Assembly: GCA_035606235.1 (NCBI GenBank)
Contig: DATNFU010000016.1
Coordinates: 2,397-66,396, forward strand
DNA length: 64,000 bases
Source of the DNA: Rhodanobacteraceae bacterium
GTDB lineage: Bacteria; Pseudomonadota; Gammaproteobacteria; Xanthomonadales; Rhodanobacteraceae
Reading direction: 5' to 3'
Below the pieces are notes generated by a model, which ran no database searches, had not been told where the DNA came from, and was given only the letters and a program-made list of their open reading frames with translations. Position numbers and translations under genes: made by a program. Of the stretch, positions 1 through 10,735 are shown piece by piece; within the stretch, counting starts at the first letter, position 1, and each line of letters opens with the position of its first letter.

Positions 1-2017
1 TTGTCCTGGCCCGGGATCGGCTCGAGGCTGGGCCCGAGCGCGTCTTCCACTTCATCGAACAGCACCAGCACGAATTCGGCATTTGCTTCCGGGTCGCGGA
101 ACGGTCGCGCAACGATATTGACGAAACGCGCGGGCTTGCCATCCTCCTCGATCTTGACCCGCGCCTCGACGCTTTTATTGGTGTGGATCGCCTGGAACAG
201 CGTGCTGCGCAGATCGATGCGCAGGGCCGGTTCAATCACCGCCACCAGATTGTGGGTGGGCTCGCCGCCGCCGAAACGCAGGTAGCGCCCGGCATGCTCG
301 GAGGCATGCACGATGTTGGAGTCGCGATCCACGATCACGCTGGGCGGCGCGTAGAACTCCAGCACGCGCTGATGCACGTCGGCGAACGAGAAGCCGCGTT
401 GATCGCGGGTTGCCCGCGCGCCCTGCCCTGCGGGCGCGGGTTTGCCGTCTATCCGTAGCGGCAGCGGGGCGAGGCGGGTGCCGCGCGCCAGGGCGCGCGC
501 ACGATAGATATGGTGTTTCTTGTCCACCACCTCGAAATGCTGGGCGGCCGCGTCCGCCGATTCCGAATTGCCGAGGAACAACCAGCCACCGGGGCGCAAT
601 GCAAAATGGAACATCTCCAGCAGCCGGCCTGGATTTCGCGATCGAGATAAATCAGCAGATTGCGGCAACTGATCAGGCTGGTGTTGGAGAACGGCGGATC
701 GCGCAAGACGTTGTGCAGCGCGAACAGCACACGATCGCGGATCCCCTTGTTGACGCGATAGCGGTGCTGCTCCTTGGTGAAGAACTGGCGCAGCCGCGCC
801 GGCGCCATGTCGGTGATGATCGATTCCGGATATACGCCCGCGCGCGCGGTCGCAATCGCCTTCTCGTCGATATCGCTGGCAAAGACCTGATAAAGGGGCG
901 GGGCATTCAGCGTATCGGCGTGGTCGGCCAGCAGCATCGCGAGCGAATAGGCCTCCTCGCCGCTCGCGCAGCCCGGCACCCATACGCGCACCTGTTCGGG
1001 TGGACGGGTTGCCTCGAACAGTTGCGGAACGATTTCGCGTTCCAGCGCTTCGAAAGCTTCGCGGTCGCGGAAGAAATTGGTGACGCCGATCAGCATGTCG
1101 TCCAGCAGCGTCTTGTTTTCATCCGGATGCGTGCGCAGGAATTCGCGGTAGCCGGGCAGGTCTTTCACCAGGTTCACCTGCATGCGCCGCTCGATCCGGC
1201 GCAGCACGGTGGCGCGCTTGTAATGGCGGAAATCGTGGCCGGAACGCGCCGCGAGGATCTCCAGGATTTCCTGCAAGGCGTGCTCGGCTTCCGAGCGCGT
1301 ATCCACCAGCACGGGCAGCACCGGCTCGGCGTCGGGCTCGGGTCTGGGCAACCGGATTTCGCGCGCATTGCGCCACCACCCGACCAGCTTGTCGGGTATC
1401 TCGGCTACCGGCAGCACGAAATCGATGTGCTCGCTGGCGATCGCGTTGCGCGGCATGTCTTCGTATTCGGCATCTTCCGGCGTCTGCGCGAAGGTGATGC
1501 CGCCCTGCTCCTTGATACGCGCGATGCCGACCGCGCCGTCGGCGCCGGTGCCCGACAGCACGATGCCGACCGCCTTGTCCCGATGGGTGTCGGCCAGCGT
1601 GCGGAAGAACAGATCAATGGCGACATGATGGCCGCGCGGACGCTCCGCCGGGGTCACGCGCAGATAGCCGTCGCTCATCACCAGATCGTTGGCGGGCGAG
1701 ATCACGTAGACGTGATTGCGCTCCAGCGGGGTGGCCTCGCTGACCTGCGTGACCGGCATGCGGGTGGCGGTCTGCAACACCTTGTCGGCCATGCTCTCGT
1801 GCTTGGGCGACAGGTGCAGGATCACCACGAACGTCATGCCGTTGTCTTTCGGCATGTTTTCCAGAAACCGCTTGAGTGCGACCACGCCGCCAGCCGAAGC
1901 GCCCAGGCCGACTACCGGAAACTTGAGGTCGGAACGCAGGTGCATATCCGCATTATGCGCCGTGCCGGTTTGGTGGTCGGTCATGCCGAGGCTCAGTCCC
2001 TGCCGGGCGGCTATCAT
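1..2017 (-). pseudogene. CheB methylesterase / CheR methyltransferase / PAS fusion signalling protein. The reading frame is broken by an apparent 1-nt deletion near 624-630, and the gene continues past the left edge.
   Basis: Track ORF 449..2017 shows CheB-like (GASAGG, LSGTGADG) then CheR-like (TNFFRD, VWVPGCASGEEAYS) motifs. After ...LIYLDREIQA the frame turns to nonsense. The frame shifted by one nt reads RLLEMFHFALRPGGWLFLGNSES...IVDRDSNIVHASEHAGRYLRF... and stays open to position 1. Confidence 0.8.
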
Positions 2018-2153
2018 GCCCCAATGGGCTGTAAGCGCAAGTTATCGGGATATTTTATTCCCATCCCTGCGTCTCCTTGAAACGGAACGGGTGCGCTATT
2101 TTCAGCCTTCCCTGCGAAAGGCAGGGAGTGGGCTCAGGTGCCGCAACCGTCCA

Positions 2154-2852
2154 TCAGTCCGCCGGCAGGCGCAGCTCGAAGGCCGTGCCCTGCCCCGTAT
2201 TCTGCGCGCTCAGCGAGCCGCCGTGCGCGAGCGCGATGCGCCGCGCCATCGCCAGGCCGATGCCGCTGTGGCGGTCGCGGCGGGTGGAGAAAAAGGGATC
2301 GAAAATGCGCGGCAGGTGCAGGGGATCGACACCCGGGCCGTCGTCGGTGATGCGTATCCTGATCTCATCGCCCATGCGATCCGCCTGCAGGGCAATGCGC
2401 TTGCCGCCGTGATCGAAGGCATTGCGCAGCAGTTCGGTGAACAACCGCCGCAACGCGGTCGGGTCGCCGTCCACGTGGAACTCGCCCATCGGCGCATCAC
2501 TGATGATCTCGCCGCGGTCGCTGAGCATGCGCGCGGCCTCGTCCAGCATCCCGATCGGGTCGACACCGTGCTGGCGCTGGTTGATCGTGGCGGTCAGGTA
2601 ATCCTGCGCGTCACGCAGGATGCGCGCACAGCGCATGCAATCGCCGCCGATGCGATCGAGCGCTTCGGCCGCCTTGTCGTACTGGCCGCGGGCCAGCATC
2701 AGCTTGGCCAGTTCCGTGCTCATCGCCGCGGCGTTGAGCGGGTTGACCAACTCGTGCGCCAGATCGCCGATCACCTGGGCAATCCCGGTATCCGGCGCGA
2801 GTGCCGCCCGCTCTGCGGTTTCCCCTACGGCTGAGGTGCGGGATGAGTTCAT
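2154..2852 (-). CDS. Small soluble histidine kinase (DHp + HATPase only, no visible sensor or TM segment)
   Basis: 232-aa ORF with H-box DLAHELVNPLN and ATPase boxes ELLRNAFDHG, DDGPGV and GIGLAMARRIA. Confidence 0.85.
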   Translation of the reverse strand: MNSSRTSAVGETAERAALAPDTGIAQVIGDLAHELVNPLNAAAMSTELAKLMLARGQYDKAAEALDRIGGDCMRCARILRDAQDYLTATINQRQHGVDPIGMLDEAARMLSDRGEIISDAPMGEFHVDGDPTALRRLFTELLRNAFDHGGKRIALQADRMGDEIRIRITDDGPGVDPLHLPRIFDPFFSTRRDRHSGIGLAMARRIALAHGGSLSAQNTGQGTAFELRLPAD

Positions 2853-3061
2853 GTGGCTTCCCTGCGGATGGTCCAGCGATTATGCGCCAGCCGGCCGGCG
2901 AAAGCACAGCCGCCGGAATGTGCCTGGCGCAGTCGGCATCGTCTTCGTCTCCGCGTTGCGAGCTGAAAGAAATTCGCGCGTGCGCAAAAAATCCTGCCCG
3001 GTTCCCTCGCGGCCGCACTGCGGAGTTAATGCAGGACGCGGCTCGGCGCATTCCAAATTCG

Positions 3062-3077
3062 TGGCACGCTACTTGCG
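3062..3077 (+). promoter_or_regulatory. Candidate sigma-54 (RpoN) -24/-12 promoter
   Basis: TGGCAC-GCTAC-TTGCG matches TGGCAC-N5-TTGCW with correct GG-N10-GC spacing. It lies about 40 nt upstream of the ATG at 3116 on the same strand. Confidence 0.6.
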
Positions 3078-3115
3078 ATAGCGCGGCCGTTGACGCGCTC
3101 AGGGAGGAATGCGCA

Positions 3116-3631
3116 ATGGAAACCCTCATCATCGCCGACCGCGACGTGGATCAGGCGCAGGCGACCATGCTCGCGGTGCGCAATGCGGGCTTTGACGATC
3201 CCATTTTCTATGTCCGCAGCGGCGCCGCGCTGCTCGCCCGGCTTTCAGGTTCCGCACAGAAAGCCAAGCCACCTGCCGCGATCTGGATCGGGCTCGAACT
3301 GCTGCGCGACTGCGGGCCGGAATTGGCCCGATGCCTGCGGCTCGCGGAAACACCGATCGCATTGACCGCGATGCTGTCCAGCGACAGGGAACGCTCGCAA
3401 CTCGAACAATGCGGCTTCCGCAACGTGGATTATGTGGTGCGCCCAATCAAGCCATCGGATGTGCTGCGCCTGCTGGGCTTGCGCGGCAAATCGAAAACTC
3501 CGGTGCAGGGCAATCCCAAATTGTTGTGGGAGCCCACGCCGCTGGCCGACCGGCCGCCGGGTCTGCAACAGCAGGCAGCTTTCGCCGCGAGAGCCGCCGG
3601 TCAGTTCGCGGATATGCATGCGGCCAAGTGA
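3116..3631 (+). CDS. Receiver (CheY-like) domain protein, apparently lacking the canonical phospho-acceptor Asp
   Basis: ATG 3116 is preceded by AGGGAGG. REC-like pattern LIIADRD ... IALTAMLS ... DYVVRPIK. The track ORF 2801..3631 was trimmed to this start. Confidence 0.65.
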   Translation: METLIIADRDVDQAQATMLAVRNAGFDDPIFYVRSGAALLARLSGSAQKAKPPAAIWIGLELLRDCGPELARCLRLAETPIALTAMLSSDRERSQLEQCGFRNVDYVVRPIKPSDVLRLLGLRGKSKTPVQGNPKLLWEPTPLADRPPGLQQQAAFAARAAGQFADMHAAK

Positions 3632-3694
3632 GCGTGCTCACCATTCGCCCCGGGCTGACCCAGGGCGAACGATGAGGCGGTTCCGCCGCAGGGC

Positions 3695-4660
3695 TCAATG
3701 CGGCGAACTTCCGCTCTGGTTCCGCGAGGAACTTGAAACGCCGCTGGAGGTAGCCGAGGTACCCTGCGAGGAAGCCGTCGAGCCGAGCGAGCCGCTCGCC
3801 ATCTGCTTGTCATAGGGCCAGTCGCCGCGCGACTGCACGCGAATTTCGTTGCGTACGTCCTTGACACCGCTGCATTCGCCGGCGAGATCCTCGATGCGGT
3901 GCTTGATCCAGCGCTGCTCGACGTTGCCGCTCAGCGTGACCACACCATCCTTGACCTCGACCGAGACATCGCTGGCGTCTATGTCATCGGCATCCATCAA
4001 CTGTTCGTTGAGATCCTCGCGGATGCGGTCATCCGAACGCGTGTAGTTTTTCGGCCCGCGGCCGCGAAAACCCTGCCCGCGGTTCAAATCGCTGCCGTAC
4101 CGGTACGGTTGGGTACGTTGCAGGCTGTCATAGTCACCGCGATAGCCGCGCGCCAAACTGCCCTCGCCGCGTGCGCCGAACTGGCCGGAACGGTCACCGT
4201 AATCGCCATAACCGGTGCGTCCGCCCGCGCTGCCGTAATCTCGGTAGGCCCCGGAACGGGTGCCGCCCGCGCGCAGCTCGTCGTAATCGCCATAGTCGCC
4301 GGGGCGGCTGCCGGCTCGAAAACTCGCCTGCTCGCCACCGGAGCGGTAACGCTGCGCGCCGCCAAAGCCACGCTCGCTGCCGCCCTGCCCGGCCCAGGAT
4401 TGTTCGCGCTGGTTGTCGCTGTCGCGCCAGAAACCCGATTGCCGTTCCGAAGTGCCATAGTTGTCGTCATCTTCGTTCCACGATTCGCTGCCGCGCGCGT
4501 ATTCGCGATCCTGATCGCCGAACGAACGCTGGTGCCGCGACTGCCCGCTCGCATCGCGCCCATACCATTCGCCGCCCAGGCCGCGCATGCGCTCGCCCCC
4601 GCCTGCATACCGCTCGTTGCGTCCGCCGCCTTCCCGGCCTTGCTGGTATTTTCGTTCCAT
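3695..4660 (-). CDS. BON domain-containing stress protein with a G/R/Y/D-rich low-complexity N-terminal half and a Ser-rich tail
   Basis: BON segment DVSVEVKDGVVTLSGNVEQRWIKHRIEDLAGECSGVKDVRNEIRV. ATG 4660 is preceded by GGAGAAAGG; the longer track ORF starts at 4723. Confidence 0.8.
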   Translation of the reverse strand: MERKYQQGREGGGRNERYAGGGERMRGLGGEWYGRDASGQSRHQRSFGDQDREYARGSESWNEDDDNYGTSERQSGFWRDSDNQREQSWAGQGGSERGFGGAQRYRSGGEQASFRAGSRPGDYGDYDELRAGGTRSGAYRDYGSAGGRTGYGDYGDRSGQFGARGEGSLARGYRGDYDSLQRTQPYRYGSDLNRGQGFRGRGPKNYTRSDDRIREDLNEQLMDADDIDASDVSVEVKDGVVTLSGNVEQRWIKHRIEDLAGECSGVKDVRNEIRVQSRGDWPYDKQMASGSLGSTASSQGTSATSSGVSSSSRNQSGSSPH

Positions 4661-4727
4661 GGTTGCCTTTCTCCGATGTGGCGCATCCTGCGCGTTGAAG
4701 CCGCCCGTCCATAGCCTGCCCATTGCA

Positions 4728-4835
4728 TGCGTTCATCCATGAACGCGGAATCAAAACGCGGCCATCCCTGGCTGCACCATTGTTTTGCGTTCATCCATGA
4801 ACACGAATATCAGCAAGCAGCCGTCCCTGGCTGCA
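4728..4835. repeat. Two tandem ~58-bp direct repeats, each carrying the inverted repeat GTTCAT-NN-ATGAAC, in the BON gene upstream region
   Basis: TGCGTTCATCCATGAAC occurs at 4728-4744 and 4786-4802. CC(A/G)TCCCTGGCTGCA occurs at 4762-4776 and 4821-4835. Confidence 0.85.
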
Positions 4836-4905
4836 GTTCTCTGCAAGAGCATCACCCGAGCCTCAGTCAAGCATCGCTCGAGCATCTCTCACCCGTTCCA
4901 TTTTT

Positions 4906-5391
4906 CTAATCATCGACTTGCTCCTCCACCCTGCCCGCCGCCGCTGCCAGCATTGCCTCGCGGCAAGCGACGATTTGCAATCCCAGCGCGGCCTGATCCA
5001 GCCGGCTGGCCTCCAGCAGCGGCAGGATGCGTTGCTCCTCCTCGCGCACGTGATGTCGAAAATGCTTGCGGATCACCTTGACCCGCGCCTGAAACAGCCG
5101 GTCGGACTTGTGCGACGTGATCAACTCGATGAGGAAATATTTCTGCGATACGTTCTCGACCGCGGCTTCGTCAAGCAGTTCCCGGCCGTGTGCATCCAGC
5201 GCCGCACGCGCGGCTGGATGAAATACCTCCTCCTGCACGCGCATGTGCACCGACAACGCCATCGCGATCTGACTGAGCAGTCGCGCGCGCTCGGGCGCAT
5301 CCGCCGCCAGCGCTTCGTAACGCGAAAACAGTGTCTCGACCTGGGTGTGTTCCTGCTTCAACAACTCGGTCGCGTGCAATCCGTTGTTCAT
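4906..5391 (-). CDS. Hemerythrin domain-containing protein
   Basis: 161 aa from MNNGLHATELLKQEHTQV; His/Glu ligand patterns HMRVQEEVFHP and HFRHHVREEE. Confidence 0.75.
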   Translation of the reverse strand: MNNGLHATELLKQEHTQVETLFSRYEALAADAPERARLLSQIAMALSVHMRVQEEVFHPAARAALDAHGRELLDEAAVENVSQKYFLIELITSHKSDRLFQARVKVIRKHFRHHVREEEQRILPLLEASRLDQAALGLQIVACREAMLAAAAGRVEEQVDD

Positions 5392-5686
5392 GCGCGAGGC
5401 CCTCGTTCCCTCGTGGCCGCAGGTCGCAAGTCGCGTGCCAAGGAGCCGGGCGGATTTCAACCGGATTGCGCGAAGGAGCCCGCGCCGCATTTGGCGCGGT
5501 ATGCTGCGCGCCGACGGGCGGTTGGCAAGGAAAAAATGCGCGCCTTGTAACAAGCAGGCGGTCGTCGTGATCTCGACCTACAAAGATCGCGACAAAAAAA
5601 GGCGTTCCCGGCGAAATTCTTTCCCGGCGTTTGTAGTGTGTGCCGCGCGCACGACCTGGTGCGGCGAACCGATCCGCTCGCGCGCC

Positions 5687-6184
5687 CTATCTTCTCGCAC
5701 GAAAGAACTCGCGCAACAGTGCGGCGGATTGTTCGGCGAGCAAACCTTCGCGTACCTCGATGCGGTGGTTGTGGCGTTCGGAAACCAGCGTGTCGAACAC
5801 GCTGCCGGCCGCGCCGGTTTTCGGGTCGCGCGCCGCGTACACCACCTTCGCTACCCGCGCGTGCACCAGCGCCATCGCGCACATCGCGCAGGGTTCCAGG
5901 GTCACGTACAAAGTGGAATCGGGGATGCGGTGATTGCGGAGCTTCTGACCGGCTTCGCGCAGTGCGCCGATTTCCGCATGCGCACTCGCATCGGCCAGGG
6001 TGATGTTGCGGTTCCAGCCTTCGCCGACGATCTCGCCATTCAGCACCAGCACCGCGCCAACCGGCACTTCGCCCTCGGCGTCGCGCGCGTGCGCCGCAAG
6101 CTCCAGCGCGCGTCGCATGCAGGTCGCGTCCTCGGGCGAGAACGGCGTTGGCGGGATTTCAGCGGCCATTTTGGAGGCAAGCAA
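5687..6184 (-). CDS. tadA: tRNA adenosine(34) deaminase
   Basis: CDA zinc motifs HAEIGALR and TLEPCAMCAMAL; size about 165 aa. The start may instead be the internal Met at 6169. Confidence 0.9.
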   Translation of the reverse strand: MLASKMAAEIPPTPFSPEDATCMRRALELAAHARDAEGEVPVGAVLVLNGEIVGEGWNRNITLADASAHAEIGALREAGQKLRNHRIPDSTLYVTLEPCAMCAMALVHARVAKVVYAARDPKTGAAGSVFDTLVSERHNHRIEVREGLLAEQSAALLREFFRARR

Positions 6185-6229
6185 GGACGCGAGAATTGTA
6201 TCTGGGCAGACTCGGTGCCAAGCGCGCTA

Positions 6230-6249
6230 ATTCCGGCGCAACCCGGAAT
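6230..6249. repeat. REP-like GC-rich hairpin (ATTCCGG-N6-CCGGAAT)
   Basis: Perfect 7-bp stem in the tadA-guaA spacer; a member of a family seen at least 5 times in this window. Confidence 0.7.
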
Positions 6250-6281
6250 GCATCTTGATCTTTGCCCCGAAAGCACCATGG

Positions 6282-6301
6282 ATCCCGGCGTTCGCCGGGA
6301 T
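6282..6301. repeat. REP-like GC-rich hairpin (ATCCCGGC-GTTC-GCCGGGAT)
   Basis: Perfect 8-bp stem, followed by GAC as in the other copies. Confidence 0.7.
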
Positions 6302-6316
6302 GACAAGCCGTCAGCA

Positions 6317-7876
6317 TCACTCCCACTCGATGGTCGCGGGAGGCTTGCCGCTGATGTCGTAGACGACCCGCGAGATGCCGCGCAGTTCGTTGATGATGCG
6401 CAATGACACGCGTTCCAGGAATTCGTACGGCAGGTGCGCCCAGCGGGCGGTCATGAAATCGATCGTCTGCACCGCGCGCAAAGCGATCACCCATTCGTAG
6501 GCGCGGCCATCGCCGACTACGCCGACCGACTTCACCGGCAGGAACACCGCGAAGGCCTGGCTGACTTCGTCGTACAAATTTGCGCTGCGCAGTTCCTCGA
6601 TGAAGATGCGATCGGCCTGCGCCAGCAATTGCGCGTACTCAGGTTTGACTTCGCCGAGGATGCGTACGCCCAGCCCCGGGCCGGGAAACGGATGGCGATA
6701 CACCATCTCGCGCGGCAGGCCCAGTTCCACGCCGATACGGCGGACCTCGTCCTTGAACAGTTCGCGCAGCGGTTCGAGCAAACGCAAGTTCATTTTTTCC
6801 GGCAAGCCGCCGACGTTGTGGTGCGACTTGATCACGTGCGCCTTGCCGGTGCTCGAACCCGCCGACTCGATCACGTCCGGATAGATCGTGCCCTGCGCCA
6901 GCCACTGCACGCCTTGCAGCTTGTGCGCTTCCTCGTCGAACACTTCGACGAACAACTTGCCGATCACTTTGCGCTTGGCTTCCGGGTCGCTGACGCCGGC
7001 CAGCGCGGCATAGAAGCGTTCGGCGGCATCCACGCGGATCACGCGCACGCCCATGTGGCGCGCCATCGTGTCCATCACCTGGTCGCCCTCGCCCGCGCGC
7101 AGCAGGCCGGTGTCCACGAATACGCAGGTCAACTGGTCGCCGATCGCTTTCTCGAGCAATGCGGCGACAACGGATGAGTCCACGCCGCCTGACAAACCTA
7201 GCAGCACCTTGTCGCTGCCGACCTGCGCGCGCACCCGCGCGACCGCGTCCTCGATGATGTTGGCCGAGGTCCACAGCGTGGCGCAATCGCAGATGTCCAC
7301 TACGAACCGGCGCAGAATCTCCGCACCGTGCTTCGTGTGCGTCACTTCGGGGTGGAACTGGATGCCGTAGCGACGGTTGGCTTCGTCCACTGCGGCAGCG
7401 ATCGGCACGCTCTCGGTGGATGCGATCAGTTCGAAACCCGGCGGCAGCGCCGTGACGCGGTCGCCGTGCGACATCCACACATCCTGCGGCGCATCGTTGA
7501 TTTCCAGCCCGCTCAGCAGTTTCGATGGGCGCACCGGCTTGATCTTCGCATGACCGTATTCACGCGCATGGCCGCCCTCGACCTTGCCGCCCAGTTGCAG
7601 CGCCATCGCCTGCAGGCCGTAGCAGATGCCGAGGATTGGCGTGCCGAGCGCGAACACCTGGTCGGCGATGCGCGGCGCATTGGCCTCGATCGCCGATTCC
7701 GGGCTGCCCGACAGGATCACGCCTTTCGGCGCGAAGCGCGCAATCTCATCCGGCGCGTGATCCCAGGCCCACACCTCGCAGTAGACGCCGATCTCGCGCA
7801 CCCGCCGCGCAATCAACTGCGTGTACTGCGAACCGAAATCGAGGATGAGGATTTTGTCGGTATGGAGGTTTTGCAT
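6317..7876 (-). CDS. guaA: GMP synthase (glutamine-hydrolysing)
   Basis: Full-length match in pattern: [35 protein letters not shown]-terminal PPATIEWE. Confidence 0.97.
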   Translation of the reverse strand: MQNLHTDKILILDFGSQYTQLIARRVREIGVYCEVWAWDHAPDEIARFAPKGVILSGSPESAIEANAPRIADQVFALGTPILGICYGLQAMALQLGGKVEGGHAREYGHAKIKPVRPSKLLSGLEINDAPQDVWMSHGDRVTALPPGFELIASTESVPIAAAVDEANRRYGIQFHPEVTHTKHGAEILRRFVVDICDCATLWTSANIIEDAVARVRAQVGSDKVLLGLSGGVDSSVVAALLEKAIGDQLTCVFVDTGLLRAGEGDQVMDTMARHMGVRVIRVDAAERFYAALAGVSDPEAKRKVIGKLFVEVFDEEAHKLQGVQWLAQGTIYPDVIESAGSSTGKAHVIKSHHNVGGLPEKMNLRLLEPLRELFKDEVRRIGVELGLPREMVYRHPFPGPGLGVRILGEVKPEYAQLLAQADRIFIEELRSANLYDEVSQAFAVFLPVKSVGVVGDGRAYEWVIALRAVQTIDFMTARWAHLPYEFLERVSLRIINELRGISRVVYDISGKPPATIEWE

Positions 7877-7996
7877 GAAGTGGAAGTGGGAAATGGGGAA
7901 AGCGGTTTCGACGGCAAGCATGGTGGCTACGGGAATGCGATTACCAATGTTTACGCGGAACTTCCATTTCCCACTCCGTGCTCCTCACTTCAGCGT

Positions 7997-9478
<1,482 letters not shown>

Positions 9479-9526
9479 TTATACGCCGTGCCTTGCTGGC
9501 TTGCAGCCTGGCCGGCATGCCCGACA

Positions 9527-9763
9527 ATGGCGCCCATGGCGCGGATCATCGAAATCAAGGTCAAGCCGAATGCGCGCATCAGCGTGTTGGAACGGATCGA
9601 AAACGGCATCTGGCGCGCGCAGCTGAAATCGCCGCCGGTGGACGGCAAGGCCAATGCGGAACTGGTTGCGCTGGTCGCCGCGCAATTTGGTTGTCCCAAG
9701 TCGGCGGTGACGATCAAGTCCGGCACGAGCGGCCGGACCAAGCGGGTCAGGATCGAAGATTAA
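9527..9763 (+). CDS. DUF167 (YggU-like) family protein
   Basis: 78 aa, IKVKPNARISV...PPVDGKANAELVALVAAQFG...V.I.SG.TSR.K.V.I pattern. Confidence 0.75.
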   Translation: MAPMARIIEIKVKPNARISVLERIENGIWRAQLKSPPVDGKANAELVALVAAQFGCPKSAVTIKSGTSGRTKRVRIED

Positions 9764-9768
9764 ACACG

Positions 9769-10641
9769 CTACGCGGCATCCATGGCCTGCGCGGCTTCCA
9801 AAGTATTCTCCATCAGCGTGGCCACGGTCATCGGACCGACGCCACCCGGCACCGGCGTGATCCAGGAGGCGCGCTGGGCCGCTTCATCGAATTCCACATC
9901 GCCAACCAGCCGGCCGTCGTCCATGCGGTTGATGCCGACATCGATGACCACCGCGCCGGGTTTGATCCAGTCCCCCTTGATGATGCCGGGCCTGCCGACC
10001 GCGGCGATCACGATGTCGCCCTGGCGCACGTAGTGATCCAGACCTTGCGTGAACTTGTGGCAGCACGTCGTCGTGCAACCGGCGATCAGCAATTCCAGTG
10101 CGAGTGGGCGGCCGACGTGATTGGACACGCCGACCACCACCGCATGTTGGCCGCGCACCGGGCGATCGGTGTGCGCCAGCAGCGTCATCACGCCTTTCGG
10201 CGTGCACGGACGCAGGCCGAATCGGCGCAGCGCCAGGTGGCCGAGGTTGACCGCGCTGAAACCGTCCACGTCCTTGCGTGACTCAATGCGATCGATCAGC
10301 GCACTGGCGTTGATGTGTTCCGGCAACGGCAACTGCACGAGTATTCCGTGCACCGACGGATCCGCGTTGAGCTCGTCTATCAGTGCGTACAGCTCCTGCT
10401 GCTGCGTATCCGCAGGCAGGTCGTAGTCAAATGATTTGAAACCGACTTGCCTGCAGGCACGGCGCTTGTTTTTCACGTACACGTTGGAGGCCGGATCGGC
10501 GCCGACCAGCACCACCGCCAAACCCGGTGCGCGTTTGCCTTGCGCGACACGCCCCTGAACTCCGGTGCGCACGCGCGCGAGCACGTCATCGGCGATGCGG
10601 CGGCCATCCAGGATGCGTGCGCTGGGCGTATGATCGGGCAT
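9769..10641 (-). CDS. folD: Bifunctional methylenetetrahydrofolate dehydrogenase/cyclohydrolase
   Basis: 290 aa from [13 protein letters not shown]; [38 protein letters not shown]. The upstream part of the track ORF is translated REP sequence. Confidence 0.95.
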   Translation of the reverse strand: MPDHTPSARILDGRRIADDVLARVRTGVQGRVAQGKRAPGLAVVLVGADPASNVYVKNKRRACRQVGFKSFDYDLPADTQQQELYALIDELNADPSVHGILVQLPLPEHINASALIDRIESRKDVDGFSAVNLGHLALRRFGLRPCTPKGVMTLLAHTDRPVRGQHAVVVGVSNHVGRPLALELLIAGCTTTCCHKFTQGLDHYVRQGDIVIAAVGRPGIIKGDWIKPGAVVIDVGINRMDDGRLVGDVEFDEAAQRASWITPVPGGVGPMTVATLMENTLEAAQAMDAA

Positions 10642-10700
10642 GAGCGGCGACGCGGGTTCGGAGCGAACGCGCATTGTCGCTGATCTTTCCCTTGACGTCA

Positions 10701-10718
10701 TTCCGGCGCAAGCCGGAA
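10701..10718. repeat. REP-like hairpin (TTCCGGC-GCAA-GCCGGAA)
   Basis: Lies in the folD / DUF1244 divergent spacer, preceded by GACGTCA as in other copies. Confidence 0.65.
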
Positions 10719-10735
10719 CCCAGTGACTTCCGCCC

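Noticed and set aside
410-2080. 556-aa plus-strand ORF antisense to the CheB-CheR gene
   Set aside because: It is the mirror-frame ORF typical of GC-rich DNA. It has Arg/Ala/Gly-rich low-information sequence with no recognisable motifs, while the opposite strand has clear CheB/CheR motifs.
10642-10735. Possible ZTP (pfl) riboswitch upstream of folD
   Set aside because: The only structured element is a REP-type hairpin (TTCCGGC-GCAA-GCCGGAA). The pfl core (GGGUCGUGACUGGCG ... CCGCCUGGGC) is absent.
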